NCBI RefSeq assembly: GCF_001644705.1
Contig: NZ_CP015137.1
Location: forward strand, 270,001 to 302,000
Direction: 5' to 3'
DNA length: 32,000 nt
From: Dickeya solani IPO 2222
GTDB taxonomy: Bacteria > Pseudomonadota > Gammaproteobacteria > Enterobacterales > Enterobacteriaceae
Below, one piece after another: positions 23,588 through 32,000 of the stretch (position 1 is its first letter; each line of letters begins with the position of its first letter). The notes under the pieces are model-generated. The model worked only from the letters and a program-made list of their open reading frames with translations. It made no database searches and was not told the DNA's origin. Made by a program: the position numbers and the translations under genes.

Positions 23588-25048
23588 ATGGCTACGACGG
23601 TTAGCAGTAACTCAGACATCATTTCATCGATAGGTTTGAACTTGGGTACGTCAGTCAGTGGTTCTTCACTTGACTTGAGTTCACTGATAAGCAAGCTGCA
23701 AACCGTTGAAGAGCAGCGGCTGACACCCTATAACAATAAGCAGACCTCGCTGAGCAAGCAGGCAACCGCCTATACCACGGTTGAATCGGCGATGAAGAAC
23801 TTGCAGAGCGCCACCACCACTCTGCAAAACATGAAGACCATCACGTCGACTGGCGTGACCAGCACCAATACCGCATTCAGCGCCACCACCGACAGTACTG
23901 CGGTAGCGGGTTCCTACAGTGTTTTCGTCAATAATATCGCGCAGGCGCAGTCGCAAATCTCCGGTAATTTTAGCAGCGCATCAACCGCGTTGGTATCAGG
24001 CGGGACTTCCAGCACCAGCAGCACGATCACGATTACGCAATCCAGCCAGTCTACGCCGTTAACGATTACGCTGACCGATGACAAAACGTCATTAAACGAT
24101 ATCCGTGATGCTATTAACAACGCCGGCGGTAGCGTCAGCGCCACTATCCTTAACGACGGCACCAACAACAAACTGATTCTGACGGCAAAAGATACTGGCA
24201 CGAAATCCGCGATGTCCATTTCAGTCGGCGGTTCGCTTTCCAGTTCGCTGAGCAGCAGCAGCTTTAGCGAGCAGGTTGCAGCCAAAGACGCCTCATTCAC
24301 GATCAACGGCGTGTCGGTAACCAGCCAGAGCAATACGGTGACTACCGCCATCAGCGGTGTGACGCTGAACCTTAAAGCGGCCTCCACTACCGGCTCAAAC
24401 GCCGAAAGCCTGACGATTGCATCGGATATCACCAATACTGAAAAAGCAGTTCAGAATTGGGTGACCGCCTATAACAATGTGCTGGACGTCATCAAGACCC
24501 AGACCAATTATACTGCGCCGACATCAACCGAGCAGTCTAGCGGCTCCCAGTCATCCAGCAATGGTGCGCTGGTCAGTGACAGTACCATTCGTGCAGTTAA
24601 GCGACAGTTACAGGGCCTGATGAGCAACTTTCAGAGTAACGGCTCACTGAACACGATGGCCGACCTGGGAATTACCCAAGATCCTACCAATGACGGTAAA
24701 CTGGCTGTCGACAACACCAAACTGGAAAGCACGTTGAAAAGCAGCGCCAGTAGCGTGACGCAATTCTTTGTTGGCAACGGCACCACCACTGGATTTGCCA
24801 CTCAGGCTGGAAATTACCTGACCCGGACAGTGGATTCGACAGATGGTCTGATCAAGTCGGCCCAGGCGAACATCAAAACCAGCCAGGCTAGCGTAACTAA
24901 ACAGCTCGCCAGCATCCAGGACAGCATTGATTCCACGATGGCGCGATACAAGACCCAGTTTACTAATCTCAATACCCTGCTGTCCAAACTGTCGTCAACC
25001 AGTTCTTACCTGACACAACAGTTTAATAAAACCAGCAGCTCCAGCTAA
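23588..25048 (+). CDS. fliD: Flagellar filament cap protein FliD (HAP2)
   Basis: The N-terminal GSSLDLSSLISKLQTVEEQRLTPYNNKQTSLSKQATAYTTVESAM parallels E. coli GSGLDLSSILDSLTAAQKATLTPISNQQSSFTAKLSAYGTLKSAL. The C-terminal heptad region is present and the position upstream of fliS fits. The product is very Ser/Thr-rich. Confidence 0.93.
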   Translation: MATTVSSNSDIISSIGLNLGTSVSGSSLDLSSLISKLQTVEEQRLTPYNNKQTSLSKQATAYTTVESAMKNLQSATTTLQNMKTITSTGVTSTNTAFSATTDSTAVAGSYSVFVNNIAQAQSQISGNFSSASTALVSGGTSSTSSTITITQSSQSTPLTITLTDDKTSLNDIRDAINNAGGSVSATILNDGTNNKLILTAKDTGTKSAMSISVGGSLSSSLSSSSFSEQVAAKDASFTINGVSVTSQSNTVTTAISGVTLNLKAASTTGSNAESLTIASDITNTEKAVQNWVTAYNNVLDVIKTQTNYTAPTSTEQSSGSQSSSNGALVSDSTIRAVKRQLQGLMSNFQSNGSLNTMADLGITQDPTNDGKLAVDNTKLESTLKSSASSVTQFFVGNGTTTGFATQAGNYLTRTVDSTDGLIKSAQANIKTSQASVTKQLASIQDSIDSTMARYKTQFTNLNTLLSKLSSTSSYLTQQFNKTSSSS

Positions 25049-25147
25049 TTAAACCCGGTTGTGTATGACGTGCTGTGTTTTACGGCACGTCATACAGTTA
25101 AAAGTATTGTTATCTTTTCATTTTATTGTTAATCGGTTATCCAACGC

Positions 25148-25564
25148 ATGGTCATGTATAGAAAGAATGTCAGTCAGGCTTATGCTCAGGTAGGTGTGGA
25201 AAGCGCGGTGATGAGCGCCAGTCCGCATCAACTGATTGTTATGCTGTTTGACGGTACCAAGAGCGCGCTTGTCCGGGCAAGAATTCTTCTTGAACAGAAT
25301 GACATCGTCGGAAGAGGGAATGCCCTGTCCAAAGCCATCGATATTATCAGTAATGGGTTGAAACTCGGACTGGATATGGAAAAAGGTGGCGAACTGGCAG
25401 AAAACCTTTCCGATCTTTACGACTACATGGTGCGTCGGTTATTGCATGCCAATATTAATAACGATTTGCAGGCAATCATAGAAGTGGAAAACCTCCTCGG
25501 TAATATTGCGGATGCCTGGAAACAAATTGGACCTGGTTATCAACCAACAACGGAAACGCGCTAA
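25148..25564 (+). CDS. fliS: Flagellin-specific export chaperone FliS
   Basis: AYAQVGVESAVMSASPHQLIVMLFDG..SALVRAR...LSKAI.II.NGL...L......L..NL..LY.YMVRRLL.AN..ND......VE.L..NIADAWK matches E. coli FliS. Homology suggests the true start may be the second ATG at 25154 (MYRKN...). Confidence 0.93.
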   Translation: MVMYRKNVSQAYAQVGVESAVMSASPHQLIVMLFDGTKSALVRARILLEQNDIVGRGNALSKAIDIISNGLKLGLDMEKGGELAENLSDLYDYMVRRLLHANINNDLQAIIEVENLLGNIADAWKQIGPGYQPTTETR

Positions 25565-25926
25565 TGGAAAACCTCTCTCCATTACTAATTGAGTATCAGG
25601 GGTTACTCAAACTCATCCGAAATATCAAGGCAATGGCGCTTAATGGATTATGGGATGATGTTGTTGAACAGGAGATAGTTTATATCCAGTCAATAGAGAG
25701 AATCAGCCAGATTACAGTTCCTGCCAATATTCCCAGCACTGTGCAATTACAGTTCCGGCAGCTTCTTCAGGACATACTGGATACGGAGTCACAGGTGAAA
25801 GAGCTGCTGCAGAGCAGAATGCAGGAGTTGGCGGTGCTCATCCAGCAGTCACAGAATCAAAAATCGATTAACAACACTTATGCCGAGTTTTCCAACGATA
25901 TCCTCCCGGGAAAACCGCAGCCCTGA
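25564..25926 (+). CDS. fliT: FliT (FliD chaperone / anti-FlhDC factor)
   Basis: 120 aa, with its start overlapping the fliS stop (TAATG). LLQDILDTESQVKELLQSRMQELAVLIQQSQNQKS parallels E. coli [34 protein letters not shown]. Confidence 0.85.
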   Translation: MENLSPLLIEYQGLLKLIRNIKAMALNGLWDDVVEQEIVYIQSIERISQITVPANIPSTVQLQFRQLLQDILDTESQVKELLQSRMQELAVLIQQSQNQKSINNTYAEFSNDILPGKPQP

Positions 25927-25946
25927 TTAACGCGGTTACTGCATAC

Positions 25947-25979
25947 GAGCCCCGACTTCCCAGAACGGGCTCTTTTTAT
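25947..25979 (+). terminator. Probable fliDST terminator
   Basis: GAGCCC-N14-GGGCTC followed by TTTTTATT, 21 nt after the fliT stop. The loop is rather large. Confidence 0.5.
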
Positions 25980-26084
25980 TCCAAAAAATCGGGGCGAATA
26001 ACCGTTGGTCATTCACCCTTTTGCTTGCTGAATACAACAACCAACAAAAAGCATATATAATCGAGCAGCGCTTTGCCTTGCCGA

Positions 26085-26399
26085 CTATATCGTCATATTC
26101 ATGACTTCCTGGTAAGCCGAAACCAGTTTATTACGCACCTGAACACCCATTTGCAAAGCAATAGAGGCCTTCTGGTTGTCAACCATGACGTCATTCAGAG
26201 CGACCCCCGGCTTGCCCAACGTGAATGCTTCGGCTTGCGTCTGGGCCTGCGTCCGCGTTTCGTTGATTTTTTCAAGCGCAGCTTTCAGCTCACTGGCAAA
26301 ACCAGCCTGAGACGCAACGTTGGAATCCGGCCCACCGGCCGCTTTGGTTGCGGTAATCTGCATCTGCTGCAATACCGCGTCGATACCCTGAATAGACAT
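26085..26399 (-). CDS. fliE: Flagellar hook-basal body complex protein FliE
   Basis: The 104-aa product MSIQGIDAVLQQMQ...QAEAFTLGKPGVALNDVMVDNQKASIALQMGVQVRNKLVSAYQEVMNMTI is colinear with E. coli FliE. The ORF-track extension to 26486 adds 29 hydrophobic non-homologous residues and is rejected. Confidence 0.93.
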   Translation of the reverse strand: MSIQGIDAVLQQMQITATKAAGGPDSNVASQAGFASELKAALEKINETRTQAQTQAEAFTLGKPGVALNDVMVDNQKASIALQMGVQVRNKLVSAYQEVMNMTI

Positions 26400-26606
26400 G
26401 CCGGCTTCCCCAACTAAAGATTGAGAATGATATAAAAACCAAATAAATGATAAACATATGCATATGTAGCAAACGAACTGCACCATCAGCGCCGTTTATT
26501 TCACATACATCTCTTTACAGGTTCAATACGCTACCATATCCATAAGGTAGTAAATCGTATAAATGACATTAAAAATGCCAGCTTATCGACCCATCAAATT
26601 TTGCGT

Positions 26607-26621
26607 AACGGAAAATAATGG
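26607..26621 (+). promoter_or_regulatory. Candidate FlhD4C2 half-site in the fliE/fliF divergent class 2 promoter region
   Basis: AACGGAAAATAATGG compared with the half-site AAYGSN2-3AAATARCG. It resembles the AACGGGAATAAGG arm found upstream of fliA (minus strand at 11843-11859). No convincing second arm was found. Confidence 0.3.
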
Positions 26622-26731
26622 CATGCCGGTAAATGTAGGCGATGAGTTTTTATGATTGCGCAATCAGGGAGTTCTGTTTTGTTACGTTACAACGTTACCC
26701 ATATCGTTCAGCAACCAGGCAGAGATAGAGT

Positions 26732-28453
26732 ATGAACGCCTTAACATCTGGAGCCGCAACCGGTGGGAAAAGCTTTGGCGAGATACTCAACCGTTTGCGT
26801 GCCAACCCTAAAATCCCTTTACTGATTGCTTCGGCTGCAACTATTGCGATTATTGTCGCCCTGTCATTGTGGGCTCGCGGCCCCGACTATCGGGTGCTGT
26901 ACACTAACCTCAATGAACGTGATGGCGGCAGTATTGTCTCCGAACTGGGCAAAATGAATATCCCTTACCGCTTCACCGAAAGCGGCGCGGCCATCATGAT
27001 CCCGTCGGACAAGGTTTATGAAACCCGCTTAAAGCTCGCCCAGCAGGGGTTACCGAAAGGCGGCGCTGTTGGCTTTGAACTGCTTGACCAGGAAAAATTC
27101 GGCATCAGCCAGTTCAGTGAGCAGATCAACTATCAACGCGCGCTGGAAGGCGAACTGGCGAGAACCATGGAAACCCTGGGGCCAATCCATAATGCGCGCG
27201 TACATTTGGCCATTCCCAAGCCGTCGCTGTTCGTGCGCGAACAGAAATCCCCTTCCGCTGCGGTTACCGTCACCCTGCAACCAGGCCGGGCGCTTGACGA
27301 CAGTCAGATTAGCGCCATTACCTATCTGGTTTCCAGCAGCGTAGCTGGCCTGCCGGCCGACAAGGTCACCGTCGTTGACCAGACAGGTAAGCTGCTGACG
27401 CAAAATGACAGTGCAGGACGCGACCTCAATGCCGCGCAATTGAAGTATGCCAACGAAGTCGAAAGCAATTATCAGCGCCGGATTGAAGCGATTCTGTCGC
27501 CAGTGGTCGGCGCGGGCAATGTCCATGCGCAAGTTACCGCCCAGATCGACTTCGCCAGCCGCGAACAGACTGATGAACAGTATCAACCTAACCAGCCACC
27601 GAATCAGGCTGCGGTACGCTCTCAGCAAATCAGTCAGAGTGATCAACGCGGTGGTCCTAACGTAGGTGGTGTGCCTGGCGCACTATCGAATACACCGACA
27701 CCGGCGCCGACCGCGCCCATTTCTACCCCGCCGGCAAACAACGCGAACAATGCCAATAATGCGAACAACGCCAATAACGCTAATGCCAACACGACGGGCA
27801 CCAATACTCAGACATCTACCAGCAACGCGGCCAATCAGACCTACAACAGCCGTCACGATCAGACGATCAACTATGAAGTTGATCGCACCATCCGGCACAC
27901 CAAGCAAAACACCGGCAATGTTCAGCGTTTGTCTGTCGCTGTCGTGGTTAACTATACCCAGGGTGAGGACGGCAAGCCGGCAGCGCTCAATGACGACCAA
28001 CTGAAGAAAATCGAAGCGCTGGTCCGTGAATCCATGGGATTCTCCAGTGATCGCGGTGATACCCTGAACGTGGTTAATACACCGTTCACCATCACAGATG
28101 CCACTGGCGGCGAACTGCCCTTCTGGCAGAAACAGGCGTTCTTCGATCTGCTGACAGAAGTGGGTCGCTGGCTGCTGGTGCTGATTGTTGGCTGGATTCT
28201 GTATCGTAAACTGGTGCGCCCGCAATTGCAGAGACGGGCACAGGTGCAGGAAGCAGCCGAAGCGGCCGCCTCGTTGCGCGGTCAAGATGCGGATGTCACC
28301 GTCACGCTCAGTACAATGGAAGAAGAACTTCAGCGGAAATCCGAGCAGCGGGCGCATGCAGAAATGCACAGCCAGCGTGTCCGTGAGCTGGCCGAGAATG
28401 ATCCTCGCGTCGTCGCGCTGGTAATCCGCCACTGGATGAGTAACGAACTATGA
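26732..28453 (+). CDS. fliF: Flagellar MS-ring protein FliF
   Basis: The 573-aa product has long identical blocks to E. coli FliF ([69 protein letters not shown]). Confidence 0.97.
   Translation: MNALTSGAATGGKSFGEILNRLRANPKIPLLIASAATIAIIVALSLWARGPDYRVLYTNLNERDGGSIVSELGKMNIPYRFTESGAAIMIPSDKVYETRLKLAQQGLPKGGAVGFELLDQEKFGISQFSEQINYQRALEGELARTMETLGPIHNARVHLAIPKPSLFVREQKSPSAAVTVTLQPGRALDDSQISAITYLVSSSVAGLPADKVTVVDQTGKLLTQNDSAGRDLNAAQLKYANEVESNYQRRIEAILSPVVGAGNVHAQVTAQIDFASREQTDEQYQPNQPPNQAAVRSQQISQSDQRGGPNVGGVPGALSNTPTPAPTAPISTPPANNANNANNANNANNANANTTGTNTQTSTSNAANQTYNSRHDQTINYEVDRTIRHTKQNTGNVQRLSVAVVVNYTQGEDGKPAALNDDQLKKIEALVRESMGFSSDRGDTLNVVNTPFTITDATGGELPFWQKQAFFDLLTEVGRWLLVLIVGWILYRKLVRPQLQRRAQVQEAAEAAASLRGQDADVTVTLSTMEEELQRKSEQRAHAEMHSQRVRELAENDPRVVALVIRHWMSNEL
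27734..27790 (+). repeat. Imperfect 9-bp tandem repeat encoding (ANN)5-ANAN in the FliF periplasmic linker
   Basis: GCAAACAAC GCGAACAAT GCCAATAAT GCGAACAAC GCCAATAAC GCTAATGCCAAC. The units differ only at synonymous positions. Confidence 0.8.
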
Positions 28454-29442
28454 GTCTGACAGGTACAGAAAAGAGCGCCGTCTTATTGATGACTATCGGC
28501 GAAGACCGTGCGGCAGAAGTTTTTACGCACCTTTCAACCCGCGAAGTGCAGCACCTCAGTACTGCGATGGCCAACATGAAACAGGTCTCTCAGTCTGAAT
28601 TGCTGGAAGTTTTGCGCGAGTTTGATATTGAGGCCGAGCAGTATGCGGCGTTGGGTGTGAACGCCGGTGAATACCTTCGTTCTGTCCTGGTCAAAGCATT
28701 GGGTGAAGAGCGTGCCTCCAGCCTGCTGGAAGATATCCTTGAAAGCAAGGAAACCTCTACCGGTATGGAAACGCTCAACTTTATGGAGCCGCAAAGCGCC
28801 GCCGATCTTATCCGCGACGAACACCCGCAGATTATCGCCACCATCCTGGTGCACCTCAAACGCGCGCAGGCGGCGGATATTCTGGCCCACTTCGACGAGC
28901 GCATGCGTAATGACGTCATGTTGCGTATCGCCACCTTCGGCGGGGTGCAACCGTCGGCTCTGGCGGAACTGACCGAAGTGCTTAACGGGCTGCTGGACGG
29001 TCAAAACCTCAAACGCAGCAAGATGGGTGGTGTTCGTACTGCGGCAGAGATCATCAACCTGATGAAAACGCAGCACGAAGAAGCGGTTATCGATGCCGTA
29101 CGCGAATTCGATGGCGAGTTGGCACAGAAAATTATCGACGAAATGTTCCTGTTCGAAAACCTGGTGGAAGTGGACGACCGCAGTATCCAGCGTCTGCTGC
29201 AGGAAGTGGAATCCGAGTCTCTGCTGATCGCACTGAAAGGCGCCGAACAGCCGCTGCGCGAGAAGTTCCTGCGCAACATGTCGCAGCGTGCGGCGGAAAT
29301 CTTGCGCGACGACCTGGCTACCCGTGGTCCGGTACGTATGTCCCAGGTGGAAAACGAACAGAAAGCCATTTTGCTCATTGTACGTCGTCTGGCAGACAGC
29401 GGCGAAATGATTATCGGTGGTGGCGATGACGCGTTTGTCTAA
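28450..29442 (+). CDS. fliG: Flagellar motor switch protein FliG
   Basis: 330 aa, more than 85% identical by eye to E. coli FliG ([68 protein letters not shown]). Its ATG overlaps the fliF stop (ATGA). Confidence 0.98.
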   Translation: MSLTGTEKSAVLLMTIGEDRAAEVFTHLSTREVQHLSTAMANMKQVSQSELLEVLREFDIEAEQYAALGVNAGEYLRSVLVKALGEERASSLLEDILESKETSTGMETLNFMEPQSAADLIRDEHPQIIATILVHLKRAQAADILAHFDERMRNDVMLRIATFGGVQPSALAELTEVLNGLLDGQNLKRSKMGGVRTAAEIINLMKTQHEEAVIDAVREFDGELAQKIIDEMFLFENLVEVDDRSIQRLLQEVESESLLIALKGAEQPLREKFLRNMSQRAAEILRDDLATRGPVRMSQVENEQKAILLIVRRLADSGEMIIGGGDDAFV

Positions 29443-30172
29443 TTCTTCCCGCGATCTTGACTGGCAGCCATGGAAGCTGGATGACCTTTCCTCCCCCACG
29501 CCCGCTGTCGCGAATGTGGTGACGCCGACGTCGCCTTCTACGGCGTCGTCATCGGCGCAACCGGGGGACGACGACGTCTTCGGCATGTCTGACTTTCAGC
29601 AGCCGGAGGATGATCTGGCGACCCTGCGCGAGCAGGTGCTGCAACAGGCGCGGGAAACCGGATTTGCCGAAGGTAAGCAACAGGGCTACGCCGCTGGTTA
29701 TCAGGACGGACTGCAGACCGGCACACAGCAGGGTTTGCAGAATGCGGCACAGCAGCAGCAGCCGGTGATTGCGCAGATGCAGCAAATGGTCAATGAGTTT
29801 CAGCAGACACTGGACGCGCTCGACAGCGTCATTGTTTCGCGGCTGATGCAGTTGGCCTTAACCGCCGCTAAGCAGGTAATTGGTCAGTCGCCGGTTTGTG
29901 ACGGCACGGCGTTAATGGGGCAAATACAGCAGTTGATCCAGCAAGAGCCCATGTTCAGCGGCAAGCCGCAGTTGCGTGTGCACCCGTCGGATCTGGAACG
30001 GGTGGAACAGCACCTTGGCCCTACCCTCAGCCTCCACGGCTGGCGTTTGTTGGCGGATAACCAGTTGCACCCGGGCGGATGTAAGGTCAGCGCCGAAGAA
30101 GGGGATCTGGACGCCAGCATTGCCACGCGCTGGCATGAACTCTGCCGCCTGGCAGCACCGGGAGAACTCTGA
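29426..30172 (+). CDS. fliH: Flagellar export apparatus protein FliH (FliI regulator)
   Basis: The C-terminal two-thirds are colinear with E. coli/Salmonella FliH ([27 protein letters not shown]......L...[23 protein letters not shown]...[42 protein letters not shown]). The start is ambiguous: ATG 29426 (chosen), TTG 29435 (which best matches MSN.. of the homologs), or ORF-track GTG 29417. Confidence 0.9.
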   Translation: MTRLSNSSRDLDWQPWKLDDLSSPTPAVANVVTPTSPSTASSSAQPGDDDVFGMSDFQQPEDDLATLREQVLQQARETGFAEGKQQGYAAGYQDGLQTGTQQGLQNAAQQQQPVIAQMQQMVNEFQQTLDALDSVIVSRLMQLALTAAKQVIGQSPVCDGTALMGQIQQLIQQEPMFSGKPQLRVHPSDLERVEQHLGPTLSLHGWRLLADNQLHPGGCKVSAEEGDLDASIATRWHELCRLAAPGEL

Positions 30173-31542
30173 TGACCGTGCGTCTTTCCCGTTGGCTCTC
30201 TTCTATTGATGCGTTTGAAAAGCGTATCATCAATACGCCTGCGATACGCCGTTACGGACGGCTGACGCGTGCGACGGGATTGGTGCTTGAAGCAACCGGC
30301 CTGCATATGCCGCTGGGTTCGACCTGCCTGATTGAACGTCAGACCGGCAATCAGGTCGACGAAGTAGAAAGCGAAGTCGTCGGTTTTAACGGCCAGAAAC
30401 TGTTCCTGATGCCACTTGAAGAAGTCGAGGGGATCACCCCGGGAGCACGGGTCTATGAACGCGTCGGCCTTTCCGGCAGCAGCCAGGGTAAACAGCTACC
30501 GCTGGGTCCGGCATTGCTCGGCCGCGTACTGGATGGCAGCGCCAGACCGCTGGATGGCTTTCCGGCGCCTGATACCGGCTACACCGCGCCACTAATGACC
30601 GCGCCGTTCAACCCGCTCCAGCGTACGCCGATTGAACACGTTCTGGATGTCGGCGTGCGTGCCATCAACGCATTGCTGACGGTGGGCCGAGGTCAACGAA
30701 TGGGGCTTTTCGCCGGTTCCGGTGTAGGTAAAAGTGTGCTGCTCGGAATGATGGCGCGCTATACTCAAGCCGATGTAATCGTAGTCGGTCTGATCGGGGA
30801 GCGTGGGCGAGAAGTCAAAGACTTCATTGAAAACATTCTCGGCACAGAAGGGCTTGCCCGCTCTGTGGTGATCGCCGCCCCGGCGGATGTCTCTCCCCTG
30901 CTGCGTATGCAGGGCGCGGCTTATGCTACGCGCATCGCAGAAGATTTCCGCGACCGTGGTCATCATGTATTGTTGATTATGGATTCGCTGACGCGTTATG
31001 CGATGGCTCAACGTGAAATCGCGCTGGCGATTGGCGAACCGCCGGCAACCAAAGGCTATCCGCCTTCGGTTTTTGCCAAATTACCCGCTCTGGTAGAGCG
31101 TGCAGGCAACGGTATTTCCGGTGGCGGTTCAATCACGGCATTTTATACAGTGTTGACCGAAGGCGACGACCAGCAGGACCCGATTGCCGATTCGGCCCGC
31201 GCTATTCTGGACGGCCATATTGTACTGTCCCGCCAGTTGGCAGAGTCCGGGCACTATCCGGCCATTGATATTGAAGCGTCTATCAGCCGTGCGATGACGT
31301 CGTTAATAGATGAAAACCATTATTCTGCGGTAAGACAATTCAAGCAGTCACTATCCAGCTATCAGCGCAATCGCGATCTGATTAATGTCGGCGCTTATGC
31401 CGCCGGTAGCGATCCGTTGCTTGATCGGGCAATACAGCTTTATCCGCAGATGCAACATTTTTTGCAGCAGGGAATGTTTGAGCGAAGCTCATTTGAGGAA
31501 GCCAGTCAGGCACTAGATAACATTTTCCCGTATAATCGGTAG
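30172..31542 (+). CDS. fliI: Flagellum-specific ATPase FliI
   Basis: Walker A is [18 protein letters not shown] and Walker B is [12 protein letters not shown]. The product is colinear with E. coli FliI, and the ATG overlaps the fliH stop (TGATG). Confidence 0.98.
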   Translation: MTVRLSRWLSSIDAFEKRIINTPAIRRYGRLTRATGLVLEATGLHMPLGSTCLIERQTGNQVDEVESEVVGFNGQKLFLMPLEEVEGITPGARVYERVGLSGSSQGKQLPLGPALLGRVLDGSARPLDGFPAPDTGYTAPLMTAPFNPLQRTPIEHVLDVGVRAINALLTVGRGQRMGLFAGSGVGKSVLLGMMARYTQADVIVVGLIGERGREVKDFIENILGTEGLARSVVIAAPADVSPLLRMQGAAYATRIAEDFRDRGHHVLLIMDSLTRYAMAQREIALAIGEPPATKGYPPSVFAKLPALVERAGNGISGGGSITAFYTVLTEGDDQQDPIADSARAILDGHIVLSRQLAESGHYPAIDIEASISRAMTSLIDENHYSAVRQFKQSLSSYQRNRDLINVGAYAAGSDPLLDRAIQLYPQMQHFLQQGMFERSSFEEASQALDNIFPYNR

Positions 31543-31550
31543 GAGGGTGA

Positions 31551-31991
31551 ATGAGGACTCAGTCTACCTTCGTCATGCTGCGTGATTTGGCCCAAAAAGA
31601 GGTCGATACTGCGACAACGCATCTGGGTCAGGTACAAAAAGCCTATTTGCAGGCTGAACAGCAACTTAACGCTTTATTAGGTTACCATGATGATTATCGC
31701 CAGCGGCTCAATGATTCAATGTCCGAAGGCATGGCCAATACCTCCTGGCAAAATTATCAGCAATTTATTTTGACTCTGGAAAAAGCGATTGAACAGCACC
31801 AGCATCAGTTATTAAATTGGTCTTCTCGTTTGAATCAGGCGATGAAAGCCTGGCAGGAAAAGCAGCAGCGACTGAATGCATTTAGTACCTTGCAACAGCG
31901 TGAACAGACTAAAATGCTGGCGCATGAAAATCGCCTGGAACAAAAGCGGATGGATGAGTTCGCCCAACGCGCATCAATGAGGAAAACATAA
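31551..31991 (+). CDS. fliJ: Flagellar export chaperone/stalk protein FliJ
   Basis: LRDLAQKEVDTA...W.NYQQFI.TLEKAI.QH..QL..W.......W.EK.QRL.A...LQ.R......ENRL.QK.MDEFAQRASMRK matches E. coli FliJ. An AGGAGGG Shine-Dalgarno lies upstream. Confidence 0.93.
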   Translation: MRTQSTFVMLRDLAQKEVDTATTHLGQVQKAYLQAEQQLNALLGYHDDYRQRLNDSMSEGMANTSWQNYQQFILTLEKAIEQHQHQLLNWSSRLNQAMKAWQEKQQRLNAFSTLQQREQTKMLAHENRLEQKRMDEFAQRASMRKT

Positions 31992-31993
31992 TT

Positions 31994-32000
31994 ATGAACT
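31994..32000 (+). CDS. Presumed start of fliK (hook-length control), only 7 nt in the window
   Basis: An ATG 2 nt after the fliJ stop, with the conserved fliJ-fliK synteny. There is no sequence evidence beyond the start codon. Confidence 0.3.

Noticed and set aside
26400-26486. A 29-codon N-terminal extension of fliE from the ORF track, and similarly the GTG at 1150 for fabA, the TTG at 7268 for the MCP, the GTG at 5648 for betI and the GTG at 14545 for FkbM.
   Set aside because: The extensions have no counterpart in the well-known orthologs and lack Shine-Dalgarno sequences. Internal ATGs with proper Shine-Dalgarno spacing align with the ortholog N-termini.
1-32000. CRISPR arrays, IS elements, integrases, toxin-antitoxin or known defence-system genes.
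   Set aside because: No regularly spaced direct repeats, no transposase/integrase-like ORFs and no small paired ORFs were seen. All substantial ORFs are accounted for by housekeeping, flagellar or glycosylation functions.

Overview
This is an enterobacterial chromosomal window; gene content and a KdgR box suggest a soft-rot Pectobacteriaceae relative such as Dickeya, Brenneria or Pectobacterium, but that cannot be verified here. The left third is housekeeping: the 3' part of a Lon-like ycbZ, fabA with a FabR/FadR-type promoter, the betIBA choline-to-glycine-betaine operon (no adjacent betT), an RpiB-like isomerase gene behind a KdgR-consensus box, tRNA-Ser(GGA), a 4HB-type chemoreceptor gene, and phoH. 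The rest is flagellar region III: fliAZ, fliC, fliDST, fliE, fliFGHIJ, and the first 7 nt of a presumed fliK. Textbook sigma28 promoters precede fliC and fliD. The standout is a ~9.9 kb, six-gene insertion (11872-21783) filling the normally empty fliA-fliC gap. It encodes a low-GC GT-A-type transferase, an FkbM methyltransferase, a Gfo/Idh/MocA oxidoreductase, an ATP-grasp ligase, a DegT-type aminotransferase, and a 1150-aa methyltransferase-TPR-GT41 (OGT-like) fusion protein. It lies next to an unusually short (280 aa), Ser/Thr-rich flagellin with a divergent flg22 region. I interpret it as a flagellin glycosylation/modification system whose chemistry cannot be assigned from known pse/leg/maf or rml/vio paradigms. 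No CRISPR arrays, transposases or integrases were seen.
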